DNA of 64,000 bases from an uncultured Candidatus Saccharibacteria bacterium (GCA_964364265.1 CAYILA010000005.1:6418-70417), one strand, 5' to 3'. Positions 21,044-30,464 are shown, numbered from the stretch's first letter. Notes: a model not told the origin generated them from the letters alone. Program-made: numbers and translations.

Positions 21044-22080
21044 ATAAGATTATTGAAGAAGATATCCACAATATTTTAAAAACATCCATCAAATGGGAAT
21101 TGTTTAGAGGTAGTACGGTTCTGATTTCAGGTGCTTCTGGTTGCCTCCCCGGTTATTTGGTTGAGACACTCTTAAAATTGGATGCTCAAGGATTCAATAT
21201 TAAGGTCTTGGCACTTGTTAGGAACAGAGGGAAAGCCAGGGCACGTTTTAAAAATTATTTAAATAATAAAAATTTATTTTTTATTAATCAAGATGTGACT
21301 TTGCCGGTAAAATATCATGGGAAGATTGACTACATTATTCATGCTGCGAGTCAGGCCAGCCCAAAATACTACCAGGTAGATCCAGTTGGTACACTAACAT
21401 CTAACACTATGGGAACTTATCAATTACTTCAGCTAGCGGTTGCCAAAAAAGTGAAAGTTTTTTTATTTTTCAGTAGCGGTGAAGTTTATGGTCGGGAAGA
21501 TCAAAAAAGAACCAAGGAAACTGACTACGGTTATTTAGATCCATTAGATGTTCGTTCCTGCTATGCCGAGAGCAAACGGGCTGGCGAGACTATGTGTATC
21601 AGTTTTTTGGCCCAGTATAAAGTTCCGGTTAAGATTATTCGTCCCTTTCACACTTTTGGCCCAGGTATCGGGCTAAATGATGGCCGAGTTTTTGCTGATT
21701 TTATCGCAAATATTATTCGAAATGAAAACATTGTTATGAAAAGTGATGGTTTGTCGGAACGCTCATTTTGCTATTTGGCAGATGCTACAGTTGCTTTTTT
21801 CCTGGTATTGCTTGAGGGTAAAATAGGAGAAGCATATAATGTGGGTAGGGAAAAACCGATTTCAATTATTGAATTAGCCAAATTGGTAGTCGGATTATTT
21901 CCCGAGAAGGGGCTTAAGGTAATAAGTAGAAAAAGAGTAGAGTCTGATCGATATATCGAGAGTCGTTTTTTGCATATTGCGCCAGACATTTCTAAAATTA
22001 AAATGCTAGGTTGGCAGCCAAAATATTCGATCTCTGAAGCATTTAAAAGAACAATATTAAGTTTTGGGGAACAAAAATGA
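21040..22080 (+). CDS. NAD-dependent epimerase/dehydratase (UDP-glucuronate decarboxylase-like fold)
   Basis: GASGCLPG, HAASQASP, SSGEVYG, CYAESKR, RPFHTFGP. Confidence 0.85.
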   Translation: MNKIIEEDIHNILKTSIKWELFRGSTVLISGASGCLPGYLVETLLKLDAQGFNIKVLALVRNRGKARARFKNYLNNKNLFFINQDVTLPVKYHGKIDYIIHAASQASPKYYQVDPVGTLTSNTMGTYQLLQLAVAKKVKVFLFFSSGEVYGREDQKRTKETDYGYLDPLDVRSCYAESKRAGETMCISFLAQYKVPVKIIRPFHTFGPGIGLNDGRVFADFIANIIRNENIVMKSDGLSERSFCYLADATVAFFLVLLEGKIGEAYNVGREKPISIIELAKLVVGLFPEKGLKVISRKRVESDRYIESRFLHIAPDISKIKMLGWQPKYSISEAFKRTILSFGEQK

Positions 22081-23021
22081 CAAAACGAAAAACGATCTCT
22101 GTCCTAACGCCTTGCTATAATGAGGCGGAAAATGTTGAGAACTTGTATTTGGCGGTCAAAAAAATCTTTCAAGATATCGGCAGGTATGATTATGAGCATA
22201 TTTTTATTGATAATTGTTCAACTGACCGAACAGTCCCAATACTCAAGACACTGGCTTCAAAAGATAAAAATCTAAAAATCATCGTTAATATTCGGGATTT
22301 TGGTCAAGTGAAATCACCGGTTTATGGTTTAATGCAAACCTCGGGCGATGCAGCTATTTATTTGGTATCAGATTTTCAGGATCCGTTAGAATTAATTAAC
22401 CAATTTGTAAAGAAATGGGAAGAGGGTTTTGATATTGTCATCGGCATAAAGAAAAAAAGCGCAGAAAACCCAATATTGTTTCTCTTTCGCCAATTTTACT
22501 ATAATCTTCTTAAAAAATTATCAGAAACGGATCATATTAAGAATTTCACCGGTTTTGGTCTTTATGACCGAAAATTTATTAATATTCTCCGCCGCCTTGA
22601 TGATCCTGTTCCATATTTTCGTGGTTTAGTTGCTGAACTCGGTTTTAACCGTGTAGAGATTGAATACAACCAACCAAAGCGACGCGCTGGGAAAACCCAA
22701 AATAATTTTTATACTCTTTATGATATAGCCATGCTGGGTTTTGTCAATCACACCAAAATACCCTTAAGACTGGCCAGCTTTGTCGGCTTTACTATCGCCA
22801 CCGGCAATTTAATTGCGGCCTTTGTCTATCTCATATTTAAATTGATCTATTGGAATGAATTCGATGTTGGCATGGCACCATTGGTAATCGGAGTATTCTT
22901 CTTCTCGGCGGTCCAGTTATTTTTCATCGGCATAATCGGTGAATACATCGGCGCCATCTACACGCAGGTAAAGCGCCGGCCTCTAGTAATTGAAAAAGAG
23001 AGAATCAATTTTGATAAATAA
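22077..23021 (+). CDS. GT2 polyprenol-phosphate glycosyltransferase (GtrB-like)
   Basis: PCYNEAEN, IDNCSTD, SDFQDP, two C-terminal TMs, IGIIGEYIG. Confidence 0.9.
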   Translation: MTKRKTISVLTPCYNEAENVENLYLAVKKIFQDIGRYDYEHIFIDNCSTDRTVPILKTLASKDKNLKIIVNIRDFGQVKSPVYGLMQTSGDAAIYLVSDFQDPLELINQFVKKWEEGFDIVIGIKKKSAENPILFLFRQFYYNLLKKLSETDHIKNFTGFGLYDRKFINILRRLDDPVPYFRGLVAELGFNRVEIEYNQPKRRAGKTQNNFYTLYDIAMLGFVNHTKIPLRLASFVGFTIATGNLIAAFVYLIFKLIYWNEFDVGMAPLVIGVFFFSAVQLFFIGIIGEYIGAIYTQVKRRPLVIEKERINFDK

Positions 23022-23032
23022 TCGATTGAAAA
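22882..23032 (+). repeat. 151-bp direct repeat, copy 1 (copy 2 at 24754-24904)
   Basis: Near-identical 3' ends of the two GtrB-like genes; 22941-23021 is identical to 24813-24893. Confidence 0.92.
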
Positions 23033-23958
23033 TCGCAATTTTAGGTGCGACCGGGCATATTGCTAAAGGGTTGGTTGAGAATTTCATAACAAATACCAAT
23101 CATCAACTTTTCCTCTATTCTCGCTCGATTGATTCATTCAAGAACTATCCGGTAAAACTTCCGCAAAAGCGGGCAACGACCCTGATGAATGATTCGTTCA
23201 AGCAATATCGGTACGACGCAATTGTTAATTGTGTAGGAGTCGGCGATCCACAAAAGGTTAAAGAATCGGGTGGACGAATTTTCTTGATAACCGAGGAATT
23301 TGATCAATTGGTTATGAATTATTTATACGAATATCCGAAGTGCAAATATATCAACTTCAGCAGCGGTGCTGTTTATGGCAAGGAACTAAATGGTATTGTT
23401 TCCCTGGAATCAGAGTTTAAATTGGCGGTAAATAATATTAGCGACAAAGATTATTATGCCATCGCCAAATTAAATTCCGAAGCCAAGCATCGAAGTTTTG
23501 GAGAGTTAAATATCATTGATATTAGAGTGTTTTCATATTTTAGCCGCTATATTAATCTTAAGACAAAGTACTTGATAACTGAAATACTGGATAGTATATT
23601 GCATGGAAAAACTTTTGTTACCGATTCAAACGATATCGTTCGAGATTACATCGGGCCGAAAGATCTTTTTAACCTGGTGGATCATTGTCTTAAATATCCG
23701 AATCATTTAAATCTAGCTATTGATGTTTATAGCAAAGAGCCGGTCAAAAAAACGCAGATTCTTAAATTTTTTACTTCAAATTTTCAGTTGAAATGGCGAG
23801 TCGAATCCGGCCTAAAAATCTTAAACGCTACCGGAATGAAATCTCAATATTATTCGACTAACAAAACAGCAGAGATTGTCGGATATAAGCCTGCTTCGAC
23901 ATCGTTGGAAATACTGGGCGGCGAAGCAAAATGTATTTTAAAAAAAAGGAAACAATGA
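23011..23958 (+). CDS. NAD-dependent epimerase/dehydratase family protein
   Basis: GATGHIA, FSSGAVYG, YAIAK; TTG start at 23011 inferred. Confidence 0.8.
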   Translation: MINNRLKIAILGATGHIAKGLVENFITNTNHQLFLYSRSIDSFKNYPVKLPQKRATTLMNDSFKQYRYDAIVNCVGVGDPQKVKESGGRIFLITEEFDQLVMNYLYEYPKCKYINFSSGAVYGKELNGIVSLESEFKLAVNNISDKDYYAIAKLNSEAKHRSFGELNIIDIRVFSYFSRYINLKTKYLITEILDSILHGKTFVTDSNDIVRDYIGPKDLFNLVDHCLKYPNHLNLAIDVYSKEPVKKTQILKFFTSNFQLKWRVESGLKILNATGMKSQYYSTNKTAEIVGYKPASTSLEILGGEAKCILKKRKQ

Positions 23959-24893
23959 AAACCTTAATCTCAATAGTTACCCCCTGTTATAATGAAGAGG
24001 AAAATATTCAGGAACTGCGAAAACAGGTTTTGGAAGTGGTCTCAAAAATTCAGGGTTATGAATTCGAGCATATTTTTATTGATAACGCTTCTACCGACCG
24101 AACCCAGCAGATACTCCGACAGATGGCCAAAGAGGATAACAGTGTCAAAGTCATCTTAAATCTGAAAAATTTTGGCCACATTCGCTCGCCTTACTACGCT
24201 CTTCTACAAGCTAATGGATCAGCGGTTATCCAAATCGTTTCCGATCTTCAGGATCCTCCGAAAATGATCAAGGACTTTGTACGAGAATGGGAAGCCGGTC
24301 ATCAGATAGTTATTGGGGTTAAGAAAAAGAGTGAAGAAAACCGATTATTGTTTGCGATTCGATGTTTATATTATCGTTTGCTTAAAAAGATGTCGGAGAC
24401 GGAACAGATAGAGAACTTTACCGGTTTTGGTTTGTATGATCGTTCATTTTTGGATATTATTCGTCAAATCACTGAACCCTACCCTTATCTTCGGGGGTTA
24501 GTTGCAGAATACGGTGTCAACCGGTTAGAAATTGAGTATGTCCAACCGCGCCGAAAAAAGGGCAAAACAAATAATAATTTTTATACTCTTTATGATATGG
24601 CGATGACCGGCTTTGTTAACCACTCCAAGGTTCCCTTGAGATTGGCAAGTTTTATCGGTTTTAGTGTTGCAATTTTAAGCCTGATGGTGGCTATAATTTA
24701 TTTTATTATTAAATTAATTCATTGGGATGAATTTAATGCCGGTATTGCTCCTCTGGTAATCGGAGTATTCTTCTTCTCGGCGGTTCAATTATTCTTTATC
24801 GGGATAATCGGGGAATACATCGGCGCCATCTACACGCAGGTAAAGCGCCGGCCTCTAGTAATTGAAAAAGAGAGAATCAATTTTGATAAATAA
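23955..24893 (+). CDS. GT2 polyprenol-phosphate glycosyltransferase (GtrB-like), paralog of 22077-23021
   Basis: PCYNEEEN, IDNASTD, SDLQDPP, same C-terminus as the first copy. Confidence 0.9.
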   Translation: MKTLISIVTPCYNEEENIQELRKQVLEVVSKIQGYEFEHIFIDNASTDRTQQILRQMAKEDNSVKVILNLKNFGHIRSPYYALLQANGSAVIQIVSDLQDPPKMIKDFVREWEAGHQIVIGVKKKSEENRLLFAIRCLYYRLLKKMSETEQIENFTGFGLYDRSFLDIIRQITEPYPYLRGLVAEYGVNRLEIEYVQPRRKKGKTNNNFYTLYDMAMTGFVNHSKVPLRLASFIGFSVAILSLMVAIIYFIIKLIHWDEFNAGIAPLVIGVFFFSAVQLFFIGIIGEYIGAIYTQVKRRPLVIEKERINFDK

Positions 24894-24904
24894 GCGATTG
24901 AAAA
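24754..24904 (+). repeat. 151-bp direct repeat, copy 2
   Basis: Matches 22882-23032 at an offset of 1872 bp. Confidence 0.92.
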
Positions 24905-27123
24905 AATACCGGGTTGTTTTACTCTATCTTTTTCTTTCACTCATTTTTTTGGCTCCGATATTAACCGGAAATGGTCTACCGTTTCGTTATGACTGGGTCT
25001 GGCCGATCTTTAATACGGGGCAGTTTTGGGATGGTCTAACGACAGGCAATTCACTTGGTGTTTTTTCAGCTCTATCAAAAAACGGACCGGCGGTTCTAGG
25101 AGTATTGGGAATGACTTATCTTCCGCCCTTATATTTGTTTAAAATATTTATCTTTTTGATCCATTTTGTAGCCGGATATGGATTTTACCGGTTTATCAGA
25201 GAGAGGGTACAGTCAGAAACGGTAGCAATCGTTTCCGGTTTGGCCTACGCTTTGACGCCCTATATATTCATAAGAACTATCATCGGTTTTGTCTGGTCGA
25301 TGCTGGCTTATGCGCTACTGCCGGTTTTTTTATTAAAATATTTCGAAGCTAAGAAAAAAATCTTTGACTATCTGATTATTGGTTTTCTTTTCTCTTTGAT
25401 ATTCGGCCAAATCCAAGCCGGTCTTTTAACCTTTTTAATCATTTCGATTTATTCGGTTTTGTCTCTATTTACTACGGATTCTAAAAAAGCGGTCAAAAAT
25501 TATATTTTTACCCTTATCTCCCTCTTTGTTTTCGCCTTGCCATGGCTATCGGTTATTTTTTTTAAGAAACAAACTTTAGCCACTGTTTCCGGCGGAGCTG
25601 CCACAACCCTGGATTTTATTTCCTCCCTCCCTCACAGTTACCGCAACTTCATAATGCTTTCAGATCATCATATAACCTCGGATTTTTTCAATTCTTTGGG
25701 GCGGGATAAACTATTTCTAGCCGGTTGGCTGGTCGTCTGGTTCGTGTCTGCCTGCGTCGTATTTAATAAAAAAAATAGAACATTGGCGCTGACATTTTTG
25801 GTTTCCTCATTATTGGTTTTGCCTTTCATTAAAGGTCCGCTTGGAGTTTTCGGACATTTTTATATCTGGTTTTATGATCGAGTACCTCAAATTGCTGTTT
25901 TTAGGGAAACCTATCATTTTGAATTTTTATTCGCCATCTCTATTTCTGTTTTGTTTGCTCTGGGACTCGATTGGCTTTGGCAAAAGATTGATAATCAAAA
26001 AAAAATAACCCTGCCTCGCCGACAGGCGGGCAAGATACAAGGTTCAGACGGACTTATTAGCTTACTGCTTACCGGCTTAAAAGCTATTTCAGCCGGCAGT
26101 ATTATCTTCATCATCTCGCCTTATCTGACATTTGATTATGCCGGTTATCTAAAACTTCAAAAAATTCCCGCTGAATATAATCAGCTAAATATTTTTCTAA
26201 AAGAAAATAAAAATTACTGTCAGAAGATTTACTACCCTCCCGGACTGGGTTTTCTTTATTTTAAAAACGATAATTTAAAAGGCGCCTCAAATGCCGACAC
26301 CTTTGCTTCCTCAGTCGGTATTCCGCATCTGACCGATGGCGCTTCCGTTTTGAGTGTGCCAAGCGAAGAGATGTTTTATCGAAACGAGATCGTATCCCAG
26401 TTTTATGAAAGGTCTGATGACGGCCGGTTTGTAGATTTGCTGAATGAGGGTGGCGTTGACTGCCTAATATTGCGCTTGAATATGGAAACGAGATATGATC
26501 AGGCCTCAAACCTTTGGCGAGAGAAAGATCCAGTCATCCTAAAGAAATGGAACAATATCGACCTCCTTTCTTTAGCCAAAACGAAAAAGGGGATGAAACT
26601 GGAGAAGCAATTCGGAGAAAATATTTTCATTTATAAGATCGACTCAAACAAAGTTCAGGATCCGGGACTCGGGACTCGGGACTCGGGACTGAATAATCTG
26701 GAACCGGTGGCCTGGAACCAGAGACCTAGGACGTATCTGCCGCTAACCGATTGGGCGAATAATTTTGCTTACTATAGGGATGGTTGGAGCCGAGGCCGAT
26801 ATGACTTTTGGCGCAAACACCTCTTCACACAACTGCGACAGGATTTTATCTATACCGATAAGCCTGACTCAACTTTGACTGGAAAAATTTCGGAAAACGG
26901 ATCCTATGAGCTCTGGGTGCGGTATCTAGACGGCGGAGGAGCAGGCAGATTTAAGATTATTGTTAATAATATGGAATTTGTGGTACAAAAGGAGGCAGGC
27001 GCGGAGAGATTCGCTTGGAAGATATTAAATGAAGTTAAAATTAATGGAAACGCTTCCTTTGAAATTACCAATCTTAGCGGCGAGAATGCCATATCGGATC
27101 TTGTTTTGATAAAAAACGATTGA
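24883..27123 (+). CDS. Large polytopic membrane protein, probable GT-C glycosyltransferase, carrying repeat-derived insertions
   Basis: Many TMs, FRYDW loop, VFRE motif, soluble C-terminal domain; TTG start inferred. Confidence 0.6.
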   Translation: MINKRLKKYRVVLLYLFLSLIFLAPILTGNGLPFRYDWVWPIFNTGQFWDGLTTGNSLGVFSALSKNGPAVLGVLGMTYLPPLYLFKIFIFLIHFVAGYGFYRFIRERVQSETVAIVSGLAYALTPYIFIRTIIGFVWSMLAYALLPVFLLKYFEAKKKIFDYLIIGFLFSLIFGQIQAGLLTFLIISIYSVLSLFTTDSKKAVKNYIFTLISLFVFALPWLSVIFFKKQTLATVSGGAATTLDFISSLPHSYRNFIMLSDHHITSDFFNSLGRDKLFLAGWLVVWFVSACVVFNKKNRTLALTFLVSSLLVLPFIKGPLGVFGHFYIWFYDRVPQIAVFRETYHFEFLFAISISVLFALGLDWLWQKIDNQKKITLPRRQAGKIQGSDGLISLLLTGLKAISAGSIIFIISPYLTFDYAGYLKLQKIPAEYNQLNIFLKENKNYCQKIYYPPGLGFLYFKNDNLKGASNADTFASSVGIPHLTDGASVLSVPSEEMFYRNEIVSQFYERSDDGRFVDLLNEGGVDCLILRLNMETRYDQASNLWREKDPVILKKWNNIDLLSLAKTKKGMKLEKQFGENIFIYKIDSNKVQDPGLGTRDSGLNNLEPVAWNQRPRTYLPLTDWANNFAYYRDGWSRGRYDFWRKHLFTQLRQDFIYTDKPDSTLTGKISENGSYELWVRYLDGGGAGRFKIIVNNMEFVVQKEAGAERFAWKILNEVKINGNASFEITNLSGENAISDLVLIKND
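26010..26030. repeat. 21-bp palindromic element, in frame in CDS
   Basis: cctgcctcgccgacaggcggg; its reverse complement matches 56118-56138 at 18/21. Confidence 0.75.
26657..26732. repeat. 7-mer tandem array in CDS
   Basis: (cgggact)x4 at 26663-26690 followed by degenerate ctggaac-type units. Confidence 0.8.
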
Positions 27124-27127
27124 TATT

Positions 27128-28171
27128 ATGTCCCCCAAAAAAGATAAAACATTATTGACAGGAAACGAGGCGGCGGTTTTAGGGGCGATTGATGCCGGTG
27201 CCACGATTATGTATGGCTACCCGATCACTCCGGCCACCGAAATATTGGAGGGTTGGATTGCTACCGCTGAAAAAAATAGAGATCTAAAATATCTTCAGAC
27301 CGAAGATGAAATAGCGGCTGGTTTTGGAGTAATCGGTTCCGTTTTGGCGGGAGTAAAATCCTTCACCGCCTCGGCCGGACCGGGCCATGTCCTGCTACAA
27401 GACGCAATTTCGATGGCTGAAAATTTAAGATTGCCCTTTGTTGGGATTATGATGCAAAGGGGCGGCCCCTCCACCGGTACTGTCAATTACTCTCAACAGG
27501 AAGTCAATCTGGCCGCCTTTGGCGGCAATGGCGATGGATTAAGGATTGTTTATTCGGCTTCCTCGGTTCCTGAAATGTATGAGCTGACTATAAAATCATT
27601 CCAGTCGGCTTGGAAATACCGTTTTCCGACGATTCTTTTGGGAGACGGCTATCTGGGCAAGATGAAAACTACGATAAAGTTAAAAGATAAAAGAGAAAAG
27701 ATAAAAGTAGACAGCAAACCGATTCTGGCGGAAGATTCCAAACATCCGGTCAATTTGCGCAACTGTTACAGTTCGGAGGAAATTTTCGGAAGTTATCTGG
27801 CAAAAAATATTAAAGATTGGAAAAAATATTCCGGAAAAATTGCCGAGTCCGAAAGTTTTAAGGTTAAAGATGCCGATATGGTTCTTATCGCTCACGGCTT
27901 GGTTGCCAGCGCCGCCAAAGAAGCGGTCTTGGAACTTCGGAAAAAGAACAAGAAAATCGGACTGTTTCGGCCGATAACCCTAAATCCTTTTGATGCCGAA
28001 ACCCTAATAAAATGCCGAGCCAAGAAATTGATAATCATCGAATCAGCCAAGGACCAACTTGCCAGAATCGTAAAATATGAAATGTCAGGTCAAAATCGCC
28101 AAATTATCGAGATTTCTAAACCAGCCGAGGGCTTTACGTCTGATGAAATCATTCAGAAAATCAAATTATGA
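27128..28171 (+). CDS. 2-oxoacid:ferredoxin oxidoreductase alpha subunit
   Basis: GNEA, YPITPATE, EDEIAA, SAGPG, QRGGPSTG. Confidence 0.92.
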   Translation: MSPKKDKTLLTGNEAAVLGAIDAGATIMYGYPITPATEILEGWIATAEKNRDLKYLQTEDEIAAGFGVIGSVLAGVKSFTASAGPGHVLLQDAISMAENLRLPFVGIMMQRGGPSTGTVNYSQQEVNLAAFGGNGDGLRIVYSASSVPEMYELTIKSFQSAWKYRFPTILLGDGYLGKMKTTIKLKDKREKIKVDSKPILAEDSKHPVNLRNCYSSEEIFGSYLAKNIKDWKKYSGKIAESESFKVKDADMVLIAHGLVASAAKEAVLELRKKNKKIGLFRPITLNPFDAETLIKCRAKKLIIIESAKDQLARIVKYEMSGQNRQIIEISKPAEGFTSDEIIQKIKL

Positions 28172-28884
28172 ACATTGAACCGAAAAGTTGGAAAAAATCA
28201 TCGAAGCCGCATCTTTTCTGCCCCGGATGCGGACATGGAATAGTTTTAAAACAGATTGGTTTTTTGATTGATGAGATGAAAATTCAAAACAAGGTTACCT
28301 TTGGTATTGATATCGGTTGTTCGCTATTGGCTTGGGATTTTTTTGATATTGACACCATCCAAACCCATCATGGCCGGACGGTGCCGGTGATGACGGGGTA
28401 CAAAATGGCCAAGCCCAAAAGAATTACCCTGGCTTACATGGGCGACGGCGGAGCATATGCCATCGGTTTGCAATCATTGATTCATGCCGCGGTACGCAAT
28501 GATCCGATTACAGTTATTGTTATCAATAACCAAAATTATGCCATGACTGGCGGCCAAATGTCGCCTACGACCTTGATTGGAGCCAAGACGACAACCTCGC
28601 CTTCGGGCAAGAAAAAACTTTTCGGCGAGGGTTTTTTGGGCCCGGAGTTGCTAAGGAATATTGTCGCCGAGAAGGCCTTCATCGCTCGCGCTTCGGTCTC
28701 CAACCCGATCCTTTTGAAAAATCTACTCAAGAAGGCGATATTGAATCAATTGGAAAACGATTCCTTCTCCTTCGTCGAAATCATCTCGACCTGCCCGATA
28801 AATTGGAAAACGGATGCCAGAGGTTCGCTCGAGAAAATAAGTAAGCTAGAGAAGTATTATGAAGTGGGGGAAATTAAGACATGA
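28168..28884 (+). CDS. 2-oxoacid:ferredoxin oxidoreductase beta subunit
   Basis: FCPGCGHG, DIGCS, HGR, GDGG...NN...MTGGQMSPTT, CP. Confidence 0.92.
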   Translation: MNIEPKSWKKSSKPHLFCPGCGHGIVLKQIGFLIDEMKIQNKVTFGIDIGCSLLAWDFFDIDTIQTHHGRTVPVMTGYKMAKPKRITLAYMGDGGAYAIGLQSLIHAAVRNDPITVIVINNQNYAMTGGQMSPTTLIGAKTTTSPSGKKKLFGEGFLGPELLRNIVAEKAFIARASVSNPILLKNLLKKAILNQLENDSFSFVEIISTCPINWKTDARGSLEKISKLEKYYEVGEIKT

Positions 28885-29693
28885 AAAAGAATCCGACAAG
28901 AATAGTATTGGCCGGCGAAGGCGGACAGGGGATTCAGACCATTGCCAAGGTTATCGCTTCGTCCGCCTCAAAAACTGGTTATGAAGTTACCTATCTGCCG
29001 TCCTTCGGCGTGGAACAGCGGGGAACGCCCTCTGTCGCTTATTTAATTATATCTCGCCATAAAATACTCTATCCTCGTTTTGAAACGGCCGATTATGCCG
29101 TCGTCCTTTCCAAGCGGGCAGTTCAAACCTTAGAAAAAAATATCGGCAATCATACCGCAGTGGTTTTTAACAGCTCGATAATCAATGAAAAGAGCTTCAA
29201 GATTGGCAAACTGCTTGGTCTTGCCGCCACAGAATTGGCTTCGACTGTCTCACCCCGGTCTTTCAATGTCTTAATCGCCGCCAAGATATGCCAGATATTA
29301 TCGCTTGATAAAATAACTTCATGGAAATCGGTATTAGAGATACTTGAACATAAATTAAAAAGCAAAGAGATCGTAAATAATAATCAAAAAGTTTTTGACC
29401 TCGGCTGGGAGACGGATTTAGAGAACAAAATCTTTTCAAAACAAACCTTCAAACCGGTCAATGGTATTTCTGAACACAAAAACAAAAAAAGGATCGCTAA
29501 GGTCTTCAATGAAAGATGCAAGGGTTGTGGACTCTGTGTTGAGATTTGTCCGGTCAGGGCAATAAGATTCGGATCAAAAATCGGGATTTACGGGAATTTT
29601 CTACCTGAAATTGATATTGAAAAATGTATCGGTTGCGGCAAGTGTTTCGAAATATGCCCCGATGTGGCGATCAAAGTATCCAACTTAAAATAA
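28881..29693 (+). CDS. 2-oxoacid:ferredoxin oxidoreductase gamma subunit fused to a 2x[4Fe-4S] delta domain
   Basis: AGEGGQG, FGVEQRG; two C-terminal CxxCxxCxxxCP motifs. Confidence 0.9.
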   Translation: MKKNPTRIVLAGEGGQGIQTIAKVIASSASKTGYEVTYLPSFGVEQRGTPSVAYLIISRHKILYPRFETADYAVVLSKRAVQTLEKNIGNHTAVVFNSSIINEKSFKIGKLLGLAATELASTVSPRSFNVLIAAKICQILSLDKITSWKSVLEILEHKLKSKEIVNNNQKVFDLGWETDLENKIFSKQTFKPVNGISEHKNKKRIAKVFNERCKGCGLCVEICPVRAIRFGSKIGIYGNFLPEIDIEKCIGCGKCFEICPDVAIKVSNLK

Positions 29694-30464
29694 ACGGTAA
29701 AAGAAGCGAAGAGATTTCATCACTAATGTTGCGACTTCGCCGTTGTGTTTTTTCCAATATAAATCCTGACTTTTGTAATAAAAGTTTTTTTTATCTTTGT
29801 CGGTGGAACTTTTGCCCTCAAGATGGATGATTTTAGCAGTATTCAAAACAGCGTTTTTATAACCGGCATCTACCAACCGTTTACATAGATCATCATCCTC
29901 TAAATACATAAAGAAACGCTCATCAAAACCGTCAATTTTATCAAAAATTTCTTTTTTAATCATTAGAGCCGCCCCGGTTACGATATCGGTATAGACAAAT
30001 TCCTTGTCAGGATCAATTCTTGGGTGGTTGTGTCGTCTGATCGTCAAACCGGATAAAGATTGAAATCGGCCCAAAAAACTTTTTTGCAGTGAATCTTTGT
30101 CTGGACCAAGCAGACATGTCAGAGCGCCGACTTCAGTATGACTTGTGATAAAATGAAGCATTTTATCAATCGAATTATCAGGGACAATAGTATCGGGGTT
30201 TAAGAGAAGGAGATATTCGCCCTCTGCCTTTCTCGCTCCTAAATTGTTGGCTCCGCCAAAGCCGAGGTTTTTATCTAGCCGGATCGCTTTGATTCTCTTG
30301 TCGACTTTTTCGTATTCCTTGGTATGGTCTTTAGTGGAATTATTATCAATAATAATAACTTCGAAATCAAGTTTTGAATTAGAGATTATTGAGTTCAAAC
30401 AGGCCAAAAGATATTGGTCGCTATTGTAGTCAACAATAATAATCGAGAGCTCCGGATTGTTCAT
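29685..30464 (-). CDS. Glycosyltransferase family 2
   Basis: IIIDNNS, NLGFGGANN, LLNPD, FFMYLEDDDLC. Confidence 0.9.
   Translation of the reverse strand: MNNPELSIIIVDYNSDQYLLACLNSIISNSKLDFEVIIIDNNSTKDHTKEYEKVDKRIKAIRLDKNLGFGGANNLGARKAEGEYLLLLNPDTIVPDNSIDKMLHFITSHTEVGALTCLLGPDKDSLQKSFLGRFQSLSGLTIRRHNHPRIDPDKEFVYTDIVTGAALMIKKEIFDKIDGFDERFFMYLEDDDLCKRLVDAGYKNAVLNTAKIIHLEGKSSTDKDKKNFYYKSQDLYWKKHNGEVATLVMKSLRFFYRLF

Noticed and set aside
22882-24904. 151-bp repeat as a DGR template/variable repeat pair
   Set aside because: The differences are mostly synonymous third-position C/T, G/A, C/G and T/G changes, not adenine-specific.
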